A stretch of 64,000 bases of DNA from Alphaproteobacteria bacterium (GTDB lineage: Bacteria; Pseudomonadota; Alphaproteobacteria; UBA828): the NCBI GenBank assembly GCA_963422645.2, contig CAXXVO010000002.1, forward strand, positions 1 to 64,000, read 5' to 3'. How positions within the stretch are numbered: the first letter of the stretch is position 1; each line of letters opens with the position of its first letter. Positions 48,697 through 58,377 of this stretch are shown here, one piece after another. The translations under genes were made by a program, and so were the position numbers. Under the pieces are notes generated by a model, which saw nothing but the letters and a program-made list of their open reading frames with translations, was not told the DNA's origin and did no database searches.

Positions 48697-49519
48697 AAAC
48701 TAGGCAACCCTCCTGCCGATGCAGGGTGATTCTTTGCAGCTCGAAGCTCTTGCTGAATGGATGTATCGGTCGATTTCCCCAAACCACGTAATTTTCCGGG
48801 ATAGCGGGAAGAAACGCTGGCCGTTGTGGGGCCAGCCGAGCCAAAGCGTCCATCACATAGCGCACGTGAAAAAGCGTGATGAACCCGATGTCTACCGCGA
48901 GGCCTGGGGAATCCTTTATCTCTTGAGGATCCAATCCGTACATTTGCTCCCGGTCTTCTTCGGAAGCGAGATCAATCTCCCTGACACCGTCTCGGAATTT
49001 AGTTCGTTCGAGAACACCCTCCAGACAAGCAAGACACCCACTCTCGCCCGGACGATAACCAAACACCTCTCCGCCAATCCCGCGGGTGAACACTTTTCCG
49101 ACAACGAATGGTGTTTCATTTCGAACACACAATTCGTTCATTTGAAATCGTGTCGGATCATTGTCGGTGGCAAGTACGACGATGTGGGAGCGTTGGACCT
49201 CACTCTCCAAGCCATGCCACTGCATCAGATCTTCTTCGACTTTCAGTACAGAAATATCTGGGTTTCGATCCTTGAGTACGTCTTCCAGTGCATCAACCTT
49301 CTTGCGACCGACAAATCGAAGTCCGCAAACATGCCGAATCACATTTTCGGATTTCATCACGTCTTTATCGATCAACGTGAAGTGTTTGACGCCTGACATG
49401 ACAAGTTGGAGCGCAACCTGGCCCCCGCCAGACCCGCAACCTGCGATGAGTACACGGGATTCGGCGAAGGCCTCGACGTCAAACAGACCTTCAATTCTCG
49501 CAAATAGGTTTTCGTGCAA
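48677..49519 (-). CDS. ThiF/MoeB/E1-like adenylyltransferase
   Basis: GCGSGG, 'IDKD...ENVIRH', 'KKVDAL', 'ATDN', Zn motifs CLAC and CLVC; TTG start directly after the upstream stop. Confidence 0.9.
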   Translation of the reverse strand: MHENLFARIEGLFDVEAFAESRVLIAGCGSGGGQVALQLVMSGVKHFTLIDKDVMKSENVIRHVCGLRFVGRKKVDALEDVLKDRNPDISVLKVEEDLMQWHGLESEVQRSHIVVLATDNDPTRFQMNELCVRNETPFVVGKVFTRGIGGEVFGYRPGESGCLACLEGVLERTKFRDGVREIDLASEEDREQMYGLDPQEIKDSPGLAVDIGFITLFHVRYVMDALARLAPQRPAFLPAIPENYVVWGNRPIHPFSKSFELQRITLHRQEGCLVCGGSNE

Positions 49520-49520
49520 T

Positions 49521-50048
49521 TCAGGTGCCCTCCCGCTCGGGCCAATTGCCGGTAGTGGACCACAATGCATAGCCGCTTAGCCATCGCCGACACAGTTTCA
49601 AGGTATGAACCACATCGTGTCGCCCGGGATTCCAGGTTTCCATGGCGCCAAAAATGCAAAGAGAGCCGTCAAGCCAGAGATGAGGAGATGATGGGTCTAT
49701 CGGATCGGCTGTAACCACCGGGGACTTGTTCGGATACCCGTGGGGTAGCGTGATGCATAAACGGATATCCTTCTCTTGGCCTGGTTCAGTAAGAATTAAT
49801 TGTATTTCCCTATTCTCCGTTATAGATACGCGAAATGGTTCACTTTCGGCAGCAAGACCATCAAGTTCCTGCGATATCCTGTTCGGGGAGATATCAGGCA
49901 GGAAGACGGAAATGGGCACCAGACATGCCTTTTGTTGTCCGCTTCTCTCTACAACATAGGCACGACCGCGTACCGCGACGTCATCCAGAATTTCTCCGGG
50001 TCGGCTGCGGAGATCCATCATGGATAGAGGTTGGAAGTCGATGTGCAT
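49521..50048 (-). CDS. Phd/YefM-like DNA-binding domain fused to an E2/UBC-like domain
   Basis: N-terminal 'SMMDLRSRPGEILDDV...YVVERSGQQKACLVPI'; C-terminal 'ITLPHGYPNKSP...PHLWLDGSLCIF....WNP'. Confidence 0.75.
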   Translation of the reverse strand: MHIDFQPLSMMDLRSRPGEILDDVAVRGRAYVVERSGQQKACLVPISVFLPDISPNRISQELDGLAAESEPFRVSITENREIQLILTEPGQEKDIRLCITLPHGYPNKSPVVTADPIDPSSPHLWLDGSLCIFGAMETWNPGRHDVVHTLKLCRRWLSGYALWSTTGNWPEREGT

Positions 50049-50054
50049 GGCAGA

Positions 50055-50429
50055 TCAATGGGCAATGCCCGCACCGGGCCAACGACGCTGAACGCAATAG
50101 ACTTCGTATTTGGCTAGCCATTTGGCCGCTCGCGCAATGACGAAGCGGAGGTCATGACGTCCAGGGTTCCAAAAATTCGGATGCAAGTAGCAAAGTTGAT
50201 TATCGGTGTACCGATGAGGGGAGGGTTGCAGCGCAGGTGTCCGGACGAAAACCTGGGGCATCGCATTCGGGTACGACTGCGGGAACGTTACTGCCAGTGT
50301 GTAGTAGCGGAGCGACGTCTGTAGCGCGACCAAAGCCATCAATCCGCCTGCGTTGGTGGGGTGCGCCTCGACGTAGTCGAAGTGCTGCTGCGCGGTCGCA
50401 ATATCCCGTTGGATTCTTGTCAGATTCAC
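50055..50429 (-). CDS. E2/UBC-like conjugating enzyme
   Basis: 'VTFPQSYPNAMPQV...PHRYTDNQLCYL....WNP...VIARAAKWL'; GTG start overlaps the stop of the 64-aa ORF. Confidence 0.8.
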   Translation of the reverse strand: MNLTRIQRDIATAQQHFDYVEAHPTNAGGLMALVALQTSLRYYTLAVTFPQSYPNAMPQVFVRTPALQPSPHRYTDNQLCYLHPNFWNPGRHDLRFVIARAAKWLAKYEVYCVQRRWPGAGIAH

Positions 50430-50620
50430 CGCGAGTCTCCACGGGCGCTGTATTCGCCTCCTAGGTCTTCCCTCATCGTGATCGGCTTGCGATAGCCGCT
50501 TTCCGCAGCAGCGCTTCCGCCGAGCTCCCGCACCTCGCCGTTGGGCAGGATTTCGATCGGGGAGTCCTCCTCCTCGTCCAAGATCGCCTCGAGTTCGTGG
50601 ATTGTCGGTTTTCTCGCCAT
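50426..50620 (-). CDS. 64-aa acidic peptide with an LGG motif; first gene of the operon
   Basis: AGGTG RBS, ATG, GTGA coupling to E2; MARKPTIHELEAILDEEEDSPIEILPNGEV...KPITMREDLGGEYSARGDSR. Confidence 0.7.
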   Translation of the reverse strand: MARKPTIHELEAILDEEEDSPIEILPNGEVRELGGSAAAESGYRKPITMREDLGGEYSARGDSR

Positions 50621-50644
50621 TTCGCGTCACCTATGAGGATCGTG

Positions 50645-50682
50645 CGGTTATGATAGTTGTACAGTTCATAACCGGCTGTCAA
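50645..50682 (-). promoter_or_regulatory. Putative promoter/operator of the ubiquitin-like operon
   Basis: TTGACA (-35, 50677-50682); perfect IR CGGTTATGA-N12-TCATAACCG (50645-50674) enclosing TGTACA; -10 box is not canonical. Confidence 0.6.
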
Positions 50683-50859
50683 GGGAAGAAGCCGGCTCTA
50701 GCGGATGGTGTCCTGGGCATCGCGCTACGCGGCACCAAGCCGTGGACATGACGGCGAGCCATGGTCAGGCGTCGTCGAGGGCAAGGCGTTGGAGGAGGGA
50801 GGTGCAGCCCTCCCGCACGATGGCGGGGGCCCGCGCCCGTTTCTGAGGATGGAGGAAGA

Positions 50860-51000
50860 ATCGAGGCGTCGCGGCGAGGCCGGCAAAGGTCTACAGGTAC
50901 TCAACCGGATGATCGCCGGACCGATACCGGGAGTAGCGAAACCATGCCTTCGGCAGGTGCGGAGCTTCGAACGGCCCGTCGCCGCGGACATAGACCCGGG
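50860..51000 (-). mobile_element. Degenerate IS66 tnpC remnant
   Basis: 'VYVRGDGPF...FRYSRYRSGDHPVEYL' matches the tnpC segment at ~36930-37040. Confidence 0.65.
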
Positions 51001-51130
51001 ACCGTACGGTGCTCCCGATCGGGCTGGACCGCTTCGGAATTCCGGATCGTGATTGCGAAGGCGACCGGCATGAAGTACCTCGGTGGCCCTTCGCCGGCCG
51101 GCGGGCCACGAGAGCTTGGTGTGCTCGTCC

Positions 51131-51204
51131 GCAATGTTCGCTGCGCAGCGAATATTGCCAGGTTCTCGAATATCCGCTAGAAGGCATATATTTGCTGCGC
51201 AGCA
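51131..51204. promoter_or_regulatory. Two palindromes with a GCTGCGCAGC core upstream of the AbiEi-like gene
   Basis: GCAATGTTCGCTGCGCAGCGAATATTGC (28 bp, one mismatched pair) and TGCTGCGCAGCA (51193-51204). Confidence 0.65.
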
Positions 51205-51219
51205 GAATAGGCTTGAACG

Positions 51220-52317
51220 GTGATGCTTGACTCGGACGTAATGGAAGGACAGCTGGTTGACGGGTTCCTGGAAGCCCTGCGGGAGCTCCCCGATGCGCAG
51301 GCGGAGGTCAGTGAGGCCGAACAGCCGGGCGGCCGCGATCGAGGACATGACGTCCAGGTTGACCTCCGGGTGGGTGGGAAGGCGGCCACCCTGCTGATTG
51401 AGATGAAGAAGGACGTATATCCCCGTGACGTGCGGCAGGTACTTTGGCAGCTCCGCGGCTCCGCACGGAGAAGGCCGCACCCGGAAGAAAAACGGGAAGC
51501 GGTGTTCTTCCTGATCGCCCGATCGATTTCACCTGGAGCCAAGGAGCTGTTGAGGAACGAGCGGGTCGGCTACTACGACAGCGGCGGCAGCCTGTTTCTG
51601 CCCGCCGGCAACATCTACGTGTATGTGGACAAGCCGCCCCCGAAAAGCCTGTCGCGGTCCATCCGTTCCGTGTTTTCGGGCCGTCGTGCGCAAGTGCTGC
51701 ACGCGGTCCTGCTGCGACATCGCGAGTGGTTCGGGGTGAATGACATCGCCAACCAAGCCCGGGTATCGCCCGCGACCGCCTCGCAGGTTCTGATGGAAAT
51801 GGAGAAGTTCGAATGGGTGGTGTCGCGTGGACAGGGGCCAGGAAAAGAACGCCATCTGCAAGAGCCAGGCGCCTTGCTGGATGCATGGGTGAACCAGCAG
51901 GCGGTGATGCGGCCGCTGTCCATGCGGCGTTACTTCGTGCCGTCGGCGGGCGCGGAAGGGCTGGTGGAGAAGTTCGCCGAGGTCTGCGCAGAGAGCAAGG
52001 CCGAATACGCGATCACTCACGAGGCGGCAGGGCAACGGTACGCGCCATTTCTGTCAACTGTCTCCCAGGTGCGTTGCCGGCTGCTGGAGGGCCCGGCAGC
52101 AGATCGGGGTCTTAGCGCAATTGATGCTCGATTCGTGGACCAAGGCGCGAACCTTGCGGTCATCGAGGTCAAGTCGCCGAGCGAGTTGCTGTTTCGCGAA
52201 TTCGTGAACGGGATCTGGCTGGCAAGTGCTGTGCAGGTCTACCTCGACCTGATGCGCAGCGAGGGCCGCGCTAGGGAAATGGCGGAGCACCTGCGCCACG
52301 AAAGGATCGGCTTCTGA
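51220..52317 (+). CDS. AbiEi-like (type IV TA antitoxin) transcriptional regulator
   Basis: Central wHTH 'VNDIANQARVSPATASQVL', 'PGALLDAW', C-terminal 'VQVYLDL...GRAREMAEHL'. Confidence 0.72.
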   Translation: MMLDSDVMEGQLVDGFLEALRELPDAQAEVSEAEQPGGRDRGHDVQVDLRVGGKAATLLIEMKKDVYPRDVRQVLWQLRGSARRRPHPEEKREAVFFLIARSISPGAKELLRNERVGYYDSGGSLFLPAGNIYVYVDKPPPKSLSRSIRSVFSGRRAQVLHAVLLRHREWFGVNDIANQARVSPATASQVLMEMEKFEWVVSRGQGPGKERHLQEPGALLDAWVNQQAVMRPLSMRRYFVPSAGAEGLVEKFAEVCAESKAEYAITHEAAGQRYAPFLSTVSQVRCRLLEGPAADRGLSAIDARFVDQGANLAVIEVKSPSELLFREFVNGIWLASAVQVYLDLMRSEGRAREMAEHLRHERIGF

Positions 52318-53231
52318 TGGTGAAGCCCGCGACGTTCGACGGCTACAGCGATCGGTACACGGTCGAATGCGAGCGGGTCCTCGTAACTCTGCTGCGCGGA
52401 CTGGGCCCGTGGAAGGAGTCCGTGTTTCTGGTGGGCGGACTGACTCCCAGATACTTGGTGGCGGCTCGGCCGCCGGAAGTGCCGGCGCATGCCGGCACGC
52501 TCGACGTGGACATCGTCATCGATCTGCAGATCCTGGCTGACACTGCGGGCTATCGCACGCTTGAGGAGAACCTGCGAGCGATGAGGTTCGAGCGGTCGAT
52601 GAACGAGAGAGGCCAGAGGCTTTCATGGCGGTGGCAGACTCGCACCGAAAGCGGTGCGCTGATGGTGGTCGAGCTGCTCGCCGACGCGCCGGACATCGCT
52701 GGTGGCAGGGTCGAACCGCTGCCTACGGAAGGGAACATTTCCGCGCTCAACATCCCGCATTCGTCCATTGTCTTCGAAATGCACCAGGTCGCGGAGATTC
52801 GGGCAGAGCTCCTGGGCGGTGGGGGAAACGCCGTCGAAGTGGTGAGGCACGCCGATTTGGTGAGCTTCACTTGCTTGAAGGCTTTCGCCTTCGACCAGCG
52901 CTTCGAGCGGAAGGACGCCCATGACCTGATGTATTGCATTGAACACGCGGAGCGAGGTCTCGACGGAGCCGCGTACATGTTCCGCGAGGCCTTGGGGGGC
53001 AAGCACGGCGCAGTGATTTGGGACTGTTTGTCAATTCTTCGCAATCGTTTCGCAGGGGACGGCGAAGTCGAGGGGTATCGGAAAGACGGTCCGGTAGCGG
53101 TGGCCCGCTTCGAACTGGGTGAGGGTGACGATGCTGGTCAGCGCGAAGCTCGGTTGCTGAGGCAGCGGGAGGTCAACAGCGTGATGGAGCAACTTCTGGG
53201 TCGGATCGCTTCGGAGGCGGCATGGCGGTAA
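52317..53231 (+). CDS. AbiEii-like nucleotidyltransferase (type IV TA toxin-like)
   Basis: 'LVGGL', 'GTLDVD', 'LKAFAF..R...KDAHDL'; coupled to the upstream gene. Confidence 0.72.
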   Translation: MVKPATFDGYSDRYTVECERVLVTLLRGLGPWKESVFLVGGLTPRYLVAARPPEVPAHAGTLDVDIVIDLQILADTAGYRTLEENLRAMRFERSMNERGQRLSWRWQTRTESGALMVVELLADAPDIAGGRVEPLPTEGNISALNIPHSSIVFEMHQVAEIRAELLGGGGNAVEVVRHADLVSFTCLKAFAFDQRFERKDAHDLMYCIEHAERGLDGAAYMFREALGGKHGAVIWDCLSILRNRFAGDGEVEGYRKDGPVAVARFELGEGDDAGQREARLLRQREVNSVMEQLLGRIASEAAWR

Positions 53232-53422
53232 AGGCGATTCTTCTCGGGGTCAACAGATTTCCGGATCCCACGATTTCAGAGCTTGGCGGTGCGCGACGAG
53301 ACTGCGCTAGTGCGCTCTGGGCATTGTTCACCGGCACCATCGAGGGGCTGGAGGAATGTATCGGAGTCGGTGGGGCATCGCTGTTACAGCCGAAGCCCGG
53401 TATCAAGGGTGGAGCGCTGTGA
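53222..53422 (+). pseudogene. Caspase-like domain, N-terminal fragment
   Basis: 'AILLGVNRFPDPTISELGGARRD..ALWALF' resembles a peptidase C14 start, then degenerates. Confidence 0.5.
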
Positions 53423-53426
53423 ATTC

Positions 53427-56400
53427 GTAACTGCCCAGGTCGTCTGATTTGTCATTTTGGGCCAGTGGATTGAGGCGTTTCTCGTTCGGAGTTGGTGGAA
53501 AGGGCTTGACGGGAATTTCGGGAAATGACTCAACAACGACATGAGCAATCCCGAGTCGCCGCGCGGCCCTTCGACGGGAGCAGCGCCCGAAACGCCCGCG
53601 CAGAAGATCGCCCGCCTGGAGGAGGAGAACGCCCGGCTTCGGGAGGAAAATGCCTGGCTTCGGCAGCAGAACGCGCGGCTGGAAGAGCAAGTCGCGCGTC
53701 TCGTCGAGCGCATCGAGGAGTTGGAGCGCCGTCTCGGCCTCAACAGCGGCAACAGCGGCAAGCCGCCTTCGAGCGATGGGCTGAGGAAGCCGAATTCGAA
53801 GCGGCGAACCCGAAGCCTGCGCGGCAAATCGGGCCGCAAGCCCGGTGGCCAGCCCGGCCACAAGGGCAAGACGCTGCGCCGCGCCGATCACCCGGATCGG
53901 GTGAAGGATCACGTCCCGGCTTCCTGCAAGGGATGCGGTTCGCCGCTTTCGGACGCGGCCAGGGCGGGAACGCCCGTCGCCCGCCAGGTGTTCGATCTGC
54001 CCGAGCCGAGCCCCCTGGAGGTGACCGAGCACCGGGCGCATGCCAAGTGCTGCGGGCATTGCGGGACGGTGACCCGGGCGGCGTTCCCCGACGGGGTGTC
54101 GGCGCCGGTGCAGTACGGCCCGCGCATTGCCGGGGTGGCGGTCTACCTTCAGCACGCTCACTTCCTGCCGGAGGATCGGCTGTCGCAGGTGATGGCCGAG
54201 CTCTTCGGCGCGCCGGTGACGGCTGCGACGTTGGCGACGATGAGCGAGAGGGCGGCCGAGCGGCTGCGGGACGCGGCCTTGCACATACAGGACCTGGCGG
54301 CGGGCACGGCGCGGGTGAAACACATGGACGAGACCGGCTTGCGGATCGGCGGTCAGACGCAGTGGCTTCATGTCCCAAGTTGGCACTTTTTCCGTTTGTT
54401 CGGGGCCGAATTGGCCAGGTTTTTCCGGCTGACACACCAGATATAGCGTTGACGAGAAGGGCACGCCCCTACATTTGCGATTGCCGTCTCGAACTCCCTT
54501 TGTAGTGCCAGGGAATGGTGGGTTTGCAGGATTTCCCTTGACCCCACCACCAAAGCCGACATATCTGAACCCGCCACGACCAAAACGTGCCGGGCGACAT
54601 GTTCATCAGGGCAACCAAGACCCACACTACCGAAGGCAAGCCGGTCCGCAGCCATCGCCTCGTGCTCTCGCAGCGCATCGGCGACAAGGTCAGGCAGCGC
54701 ACGCTTCTCAACCTCGGCACCGACTATCCGGTGCCGAAGGAGAAATGGCGCGAAGTTGCCGGACTCGCCGAGGCGCTGCTCAACGGCCGCCCGCCGCTGC
54801 TCGAAGCCGCGCCGGACGTGCAGGCCGCAGCCGAGGACATCGTCGCCAAGCTCAGGGCCAGGGGGTTCCGCCCCGAGGCGATACAGGAAGAGGCGCGCAA
54901 GCCCGACATCGCCACCGTCGACCTCGATACCCTGGAGCACGAGAACCCGCGCACGGTCGGCTGCGAGCGCCTGTGCCTCAAGGCCCTCGACGACCTCGGC
55001 TTCGCCGACATCCTCCACGGCCTCGATATCAAGGGCCGCGACGGGCGCATCGCCAGCGCGCTGATCGTCGCCAGGATGGTCCATCCCGCCAGCGAGCGTG
55101 ACACCAGCCGCTGGCTGCGCCGCGACAGCGCGACCGCCGAGCTCCTGGGGCTGGAGGGCGACCGCAAGGCGCTGCGGCGCAAGACGCTCTACCGCATCGG
55201 CGACCTGCTCTGGCGCCACCGGGCCGCCATTCAGCGGGAGCTGTTCAACCGCGAGCGCGCGCTGCTCGACCTGCCCGAAACGATCGCCTTTTACGATCTC
55301 ACCAATGTCCACTACCACGGCCACACCCACGGCCAGCTTCCCAGGTTCGGGCGCTCCAAGCAGAAGCGCGACGACTGTCCGCTGATCACGCTGGCGCTGG
55401 CGCTCGACGGCGCAGGCTTCCCGCGCAGTTGCGAGATCCTGCCGGGCAACGTGAGCGAGCCGGGCACGCTGGAGGACGCGCTGGTCAGGCTCGAGGCGGT
55501 GTGCGGCGGCACGGCGCCGAAGCCCACGGTGGTCATGGACGCGGGCATCGCCACCGAGGAGAACGTCGCGTGGCTGGGCGAGCAGGGCTACGACTGGATC
55601 GCGGTCAGCCGCGGCGCCAGGCCGCCGCTGCCCGAGGGCGGGCCCGAGGCTCTGCTGATCACCAGCGCGCGGCACGAGGTGCGCGCCTGGCGGCTTGCCA
55701 GCGAGGACGGCGAGGCGCGGCTCTACGTCGTCAGCGAGGGCAAGAAGAAGGCCGAGAACGCGATCATCGGCCTCAGGCGGAACCGCTTCGAGGCGGCGCT
55801 GGAAAGGCTCCATAGCGGCCTGCCGGTCAAGGGCCGCCTCAAGCGCTACGACAGGGTGCTGGAGAGCATTGGCCGTCTCAAGCAGCGCTTCTCCACCGTC
55901 GCCAGACACTACGAGGTCACGGTCGAGAAGGCGAAAACCGGCCCCAACGCCGCCGCCGTGCGCTTCAAGCGCAGGCCGCAATACGACGAGGCCGACGAGG
56001 GCGCCGGCGCCTATGTGCTGCGCACCAGCCACGTCGACTGGGATATCGAGACGATCCTGCGGACCTACTGGCGCATCACCGACATCGAGGCCACCTTCCG
56101 CAGCCTGAAATCCGAGCTCGGCCTTCGCCCGATCTGGCACCAGCTCGACCGTCGCATCGCGGCCCACCTGCTGATCGCCGTGCTGGCCTATCACGCCGTG
56201 CATCTGATCCGTACCCGACTGGCCGCGCGGGGCATCCACAAGTGCTGGGCATCGATCCGCGAGGGCATGCGGACCTGGGTGCGGATCACCACGCGACTGC
56301 GCCAGACCGACGGCACCTTGATCGTCAACCGCCAGGACACGCGCCCGGCCGCCGAGGTCGCCCAAATCTCCTCGGCGGCGGGTGTTGACCCCGCCATCCA

Positions 56401-57477
56401 CCGCACGAGGACCCGCCTGACGAGCTGACAGAATCTCACAAAATGTAGTGCCATGTTGGAATCGGCAGAGAAAAATATTGCGCCATATCAAAGCGATAAA
56501 CGACAGCAGAACACAAAAAGTGCCAACCTGGGATGTGATCTGCACGCCGCTGCTGGCGGCGTACCGGGTCAGCGGCAAGCGCGGCGCCCTGCTCTCGGGT
56601 GTCTCCGGCATCGTCGTGCACGATCACTGGAAGCCGTACTTCGCGATGGAAGGGGTGGAGCACGGCCTGTGCAACGCCCATCACCTGCGGGAGTTGCAGG
56701 CGCTGGTGGACATCGAAGGGGAGGCTTGGGCCCGGCGGATGCAGCAGCTCCTGCGCCGAGCCAATCGCGCCGCCCGCATCGCGCTGGACAAGGATATCGC
56801 CGTTCCGGCGAGGCTTGTGGCGCTGATCGAGCGCCGATACGACGAGATCATCGCCGATGCGCTGGCCTTTCACGAGAGCCAACCACCGTTCTCGCCTGGC
56901 AAGAGGAAGAAGCGCCGGAAGCGAAGGATCGGTCACAATCCGGCCTTGAGGCTGCGCGACCACAAATGCGCGGTGCTCCGGTTCCTGATCGACCTCGAGG
57001 TCGGGTTCACGAACAACGAGGCCGAGCGCGACCTTCGGATGATGAAGCTGCGCCAGAAGATCTCCGGGGGCTTCCGGTCCGCGCAGGGGGCCGAGAACTT
57101 CGCCATCCTGCGCAGCGTCATCACCACCGCCAGAAAGCAGGGCTGGAATATCATCGAAGCCCTGACCAGCCCATCGGATCGGCTCATCGCCACCGTCAAG
57201 TGCGCGTAAGCTCACCTGGCACGGGTTCTCCAACAGCGGAGCCATTCTCATAAACGATCATGGTCGACGCCGTGCTGGACCACCCCATAGAATGAAAATC
57301 GGTGCCCGTCGCGCGGGCGGACTTCGGGCCACATCGGGGTAGCTTACCGGTCGCAGTCCGCAAGAGGGGCATCGTGAGCTGTGAAACCCGGCGACCCCAG
57401 AGGAGCACACGGGCGTCGCGTGGGTAGCGTTGTGCCGAATCCCAGAGAATTTTCACAGCAAGAACCTGGGCAGTTAC
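53427..57477 (+). mobile_element. IS66-family element, copy 2 (near-identical to 11788-13675), interrupted by IS1634
   Basis: Same TIRs; 8-bp TSD GTGAATTC; tnp split into 53541-54373 and 56533-57209. Confidence 0.95.
54374..56532 (+). mobile_element. IS1634-family element (tnp 54599-56428)
   Basis: TIR CCCA(A/G)GTTGGCACTTTT; ATGT duplicated; 'MFIR...RQRTLLNLG', YDLT, MDAG, 'IEATFRSLKS'. Confidence 0.9.
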
Positions 57478-57860
57478 GTGAATTCAATGTCAGACGCCCT
57501 TCTTGGTGCTGCGTCCGAATACGTAGCGCAAACGCGCCGCCTGAACAGCCTCGGCAGCACGACAGAGGAGACATTCTATCCGGCGATCCGCGATCTGCTG
57601 TCGGCCATCCTGCGGACGCAGGACCTGCCCTTCGAGGTGCGTACCGGAACATCGGAAGAAAGGGAGCGCGGCACGGATCGGCCGGATTTCGTACTGGCCG
57701 ATGCGGCGCTCTTCGTCGGCGTCTTCGGCGAGGTCAAGAAGAGCGACGTTTCCATCGGGGAGATTGCGGATTCAACGGACCGGGACGACCAGATCGGCCG
57801 GTACCTGGCACGCACCGGCGTTGTGCTGGTTTCGAATGTCCGGGGTTTCGGCCTCCTGGT
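57478..57860 (+). pseudogene. N-terminal (nuclease) fragment of a type ISP/IIG restriction-modification enzyme
   Basis: 'TTEETFYPAI', 'RPDF...FGEVK', 'QIGRYL', 'LVSNVRGF'; IS66 sits at its start and the 3' part is missing. Confidence 0.65.
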
Positions 57861-57875
57861 GAGCGCGCGCCCGGT

Positions 57876-58377
57876 AATTGATGGTGGGGTTTTCGGATTA
57901 TTCGATGGTCGTGATGCGGTGCTCGGTTGATCCGCGAGAGCGGTGAGTGGCGGGTTTTCATCGAGACCGCAGCAGTATCTCGTTCCAGTCCTTGGCGCCG
58001 CCTGGGCGCAGCCTGATCACTCTCGGGTCGTTGGCGGCGAGACGCTCGGCGGCACCGTCACCGGCGCTGTCGGCGTCGTAGGCGCAGATGATGCGCTTTG
58101 GTTCCCAGTCCTCGATCCAGGTCGGGACCGAGCTGGCGATGCCGGCGGCCGAGGCGACGACGGCGCCGTTCTCGCGCGTCCCCTCGACGCGCAGGCTTCG
58201 TGCAGAGATGGCGTCGACGGCGCTCTCGGTGAGGATGACGACGGCAGGCTGGTTTCGGTCGCAGTGGAGCCAGAAGCCGCCACGCGCCTTGCGCGAGCCG
58301 GGCGCCATGGCCCTGAAGCGCTTTGTGCCGGCGTGCGGCGCGGTGCCGAGGATCTCGGCGCCGGTCGTGTGCCCGCT
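57876..58377 (-). repeat. Diverged duplicate of the toprim gene 3' end (copy of ~59020-59520)
   Basis: Same 'GHTTGAEILG...ESAVDAIS...CAYDADSAGD' coding sequence and the same downstream DNA. Confidence 0.85.

Noticed and set aside
41237-50620. Calling the locus type II CBASS or Pycsar (E1/E2 + JAB + patatin)
   Set aside because: No CD-NTase (GS...DxD) or cyclase ORF is visible; the nucleotidyltransferase at 52317 looks AbiEii-like and is in a separate, divergent unit
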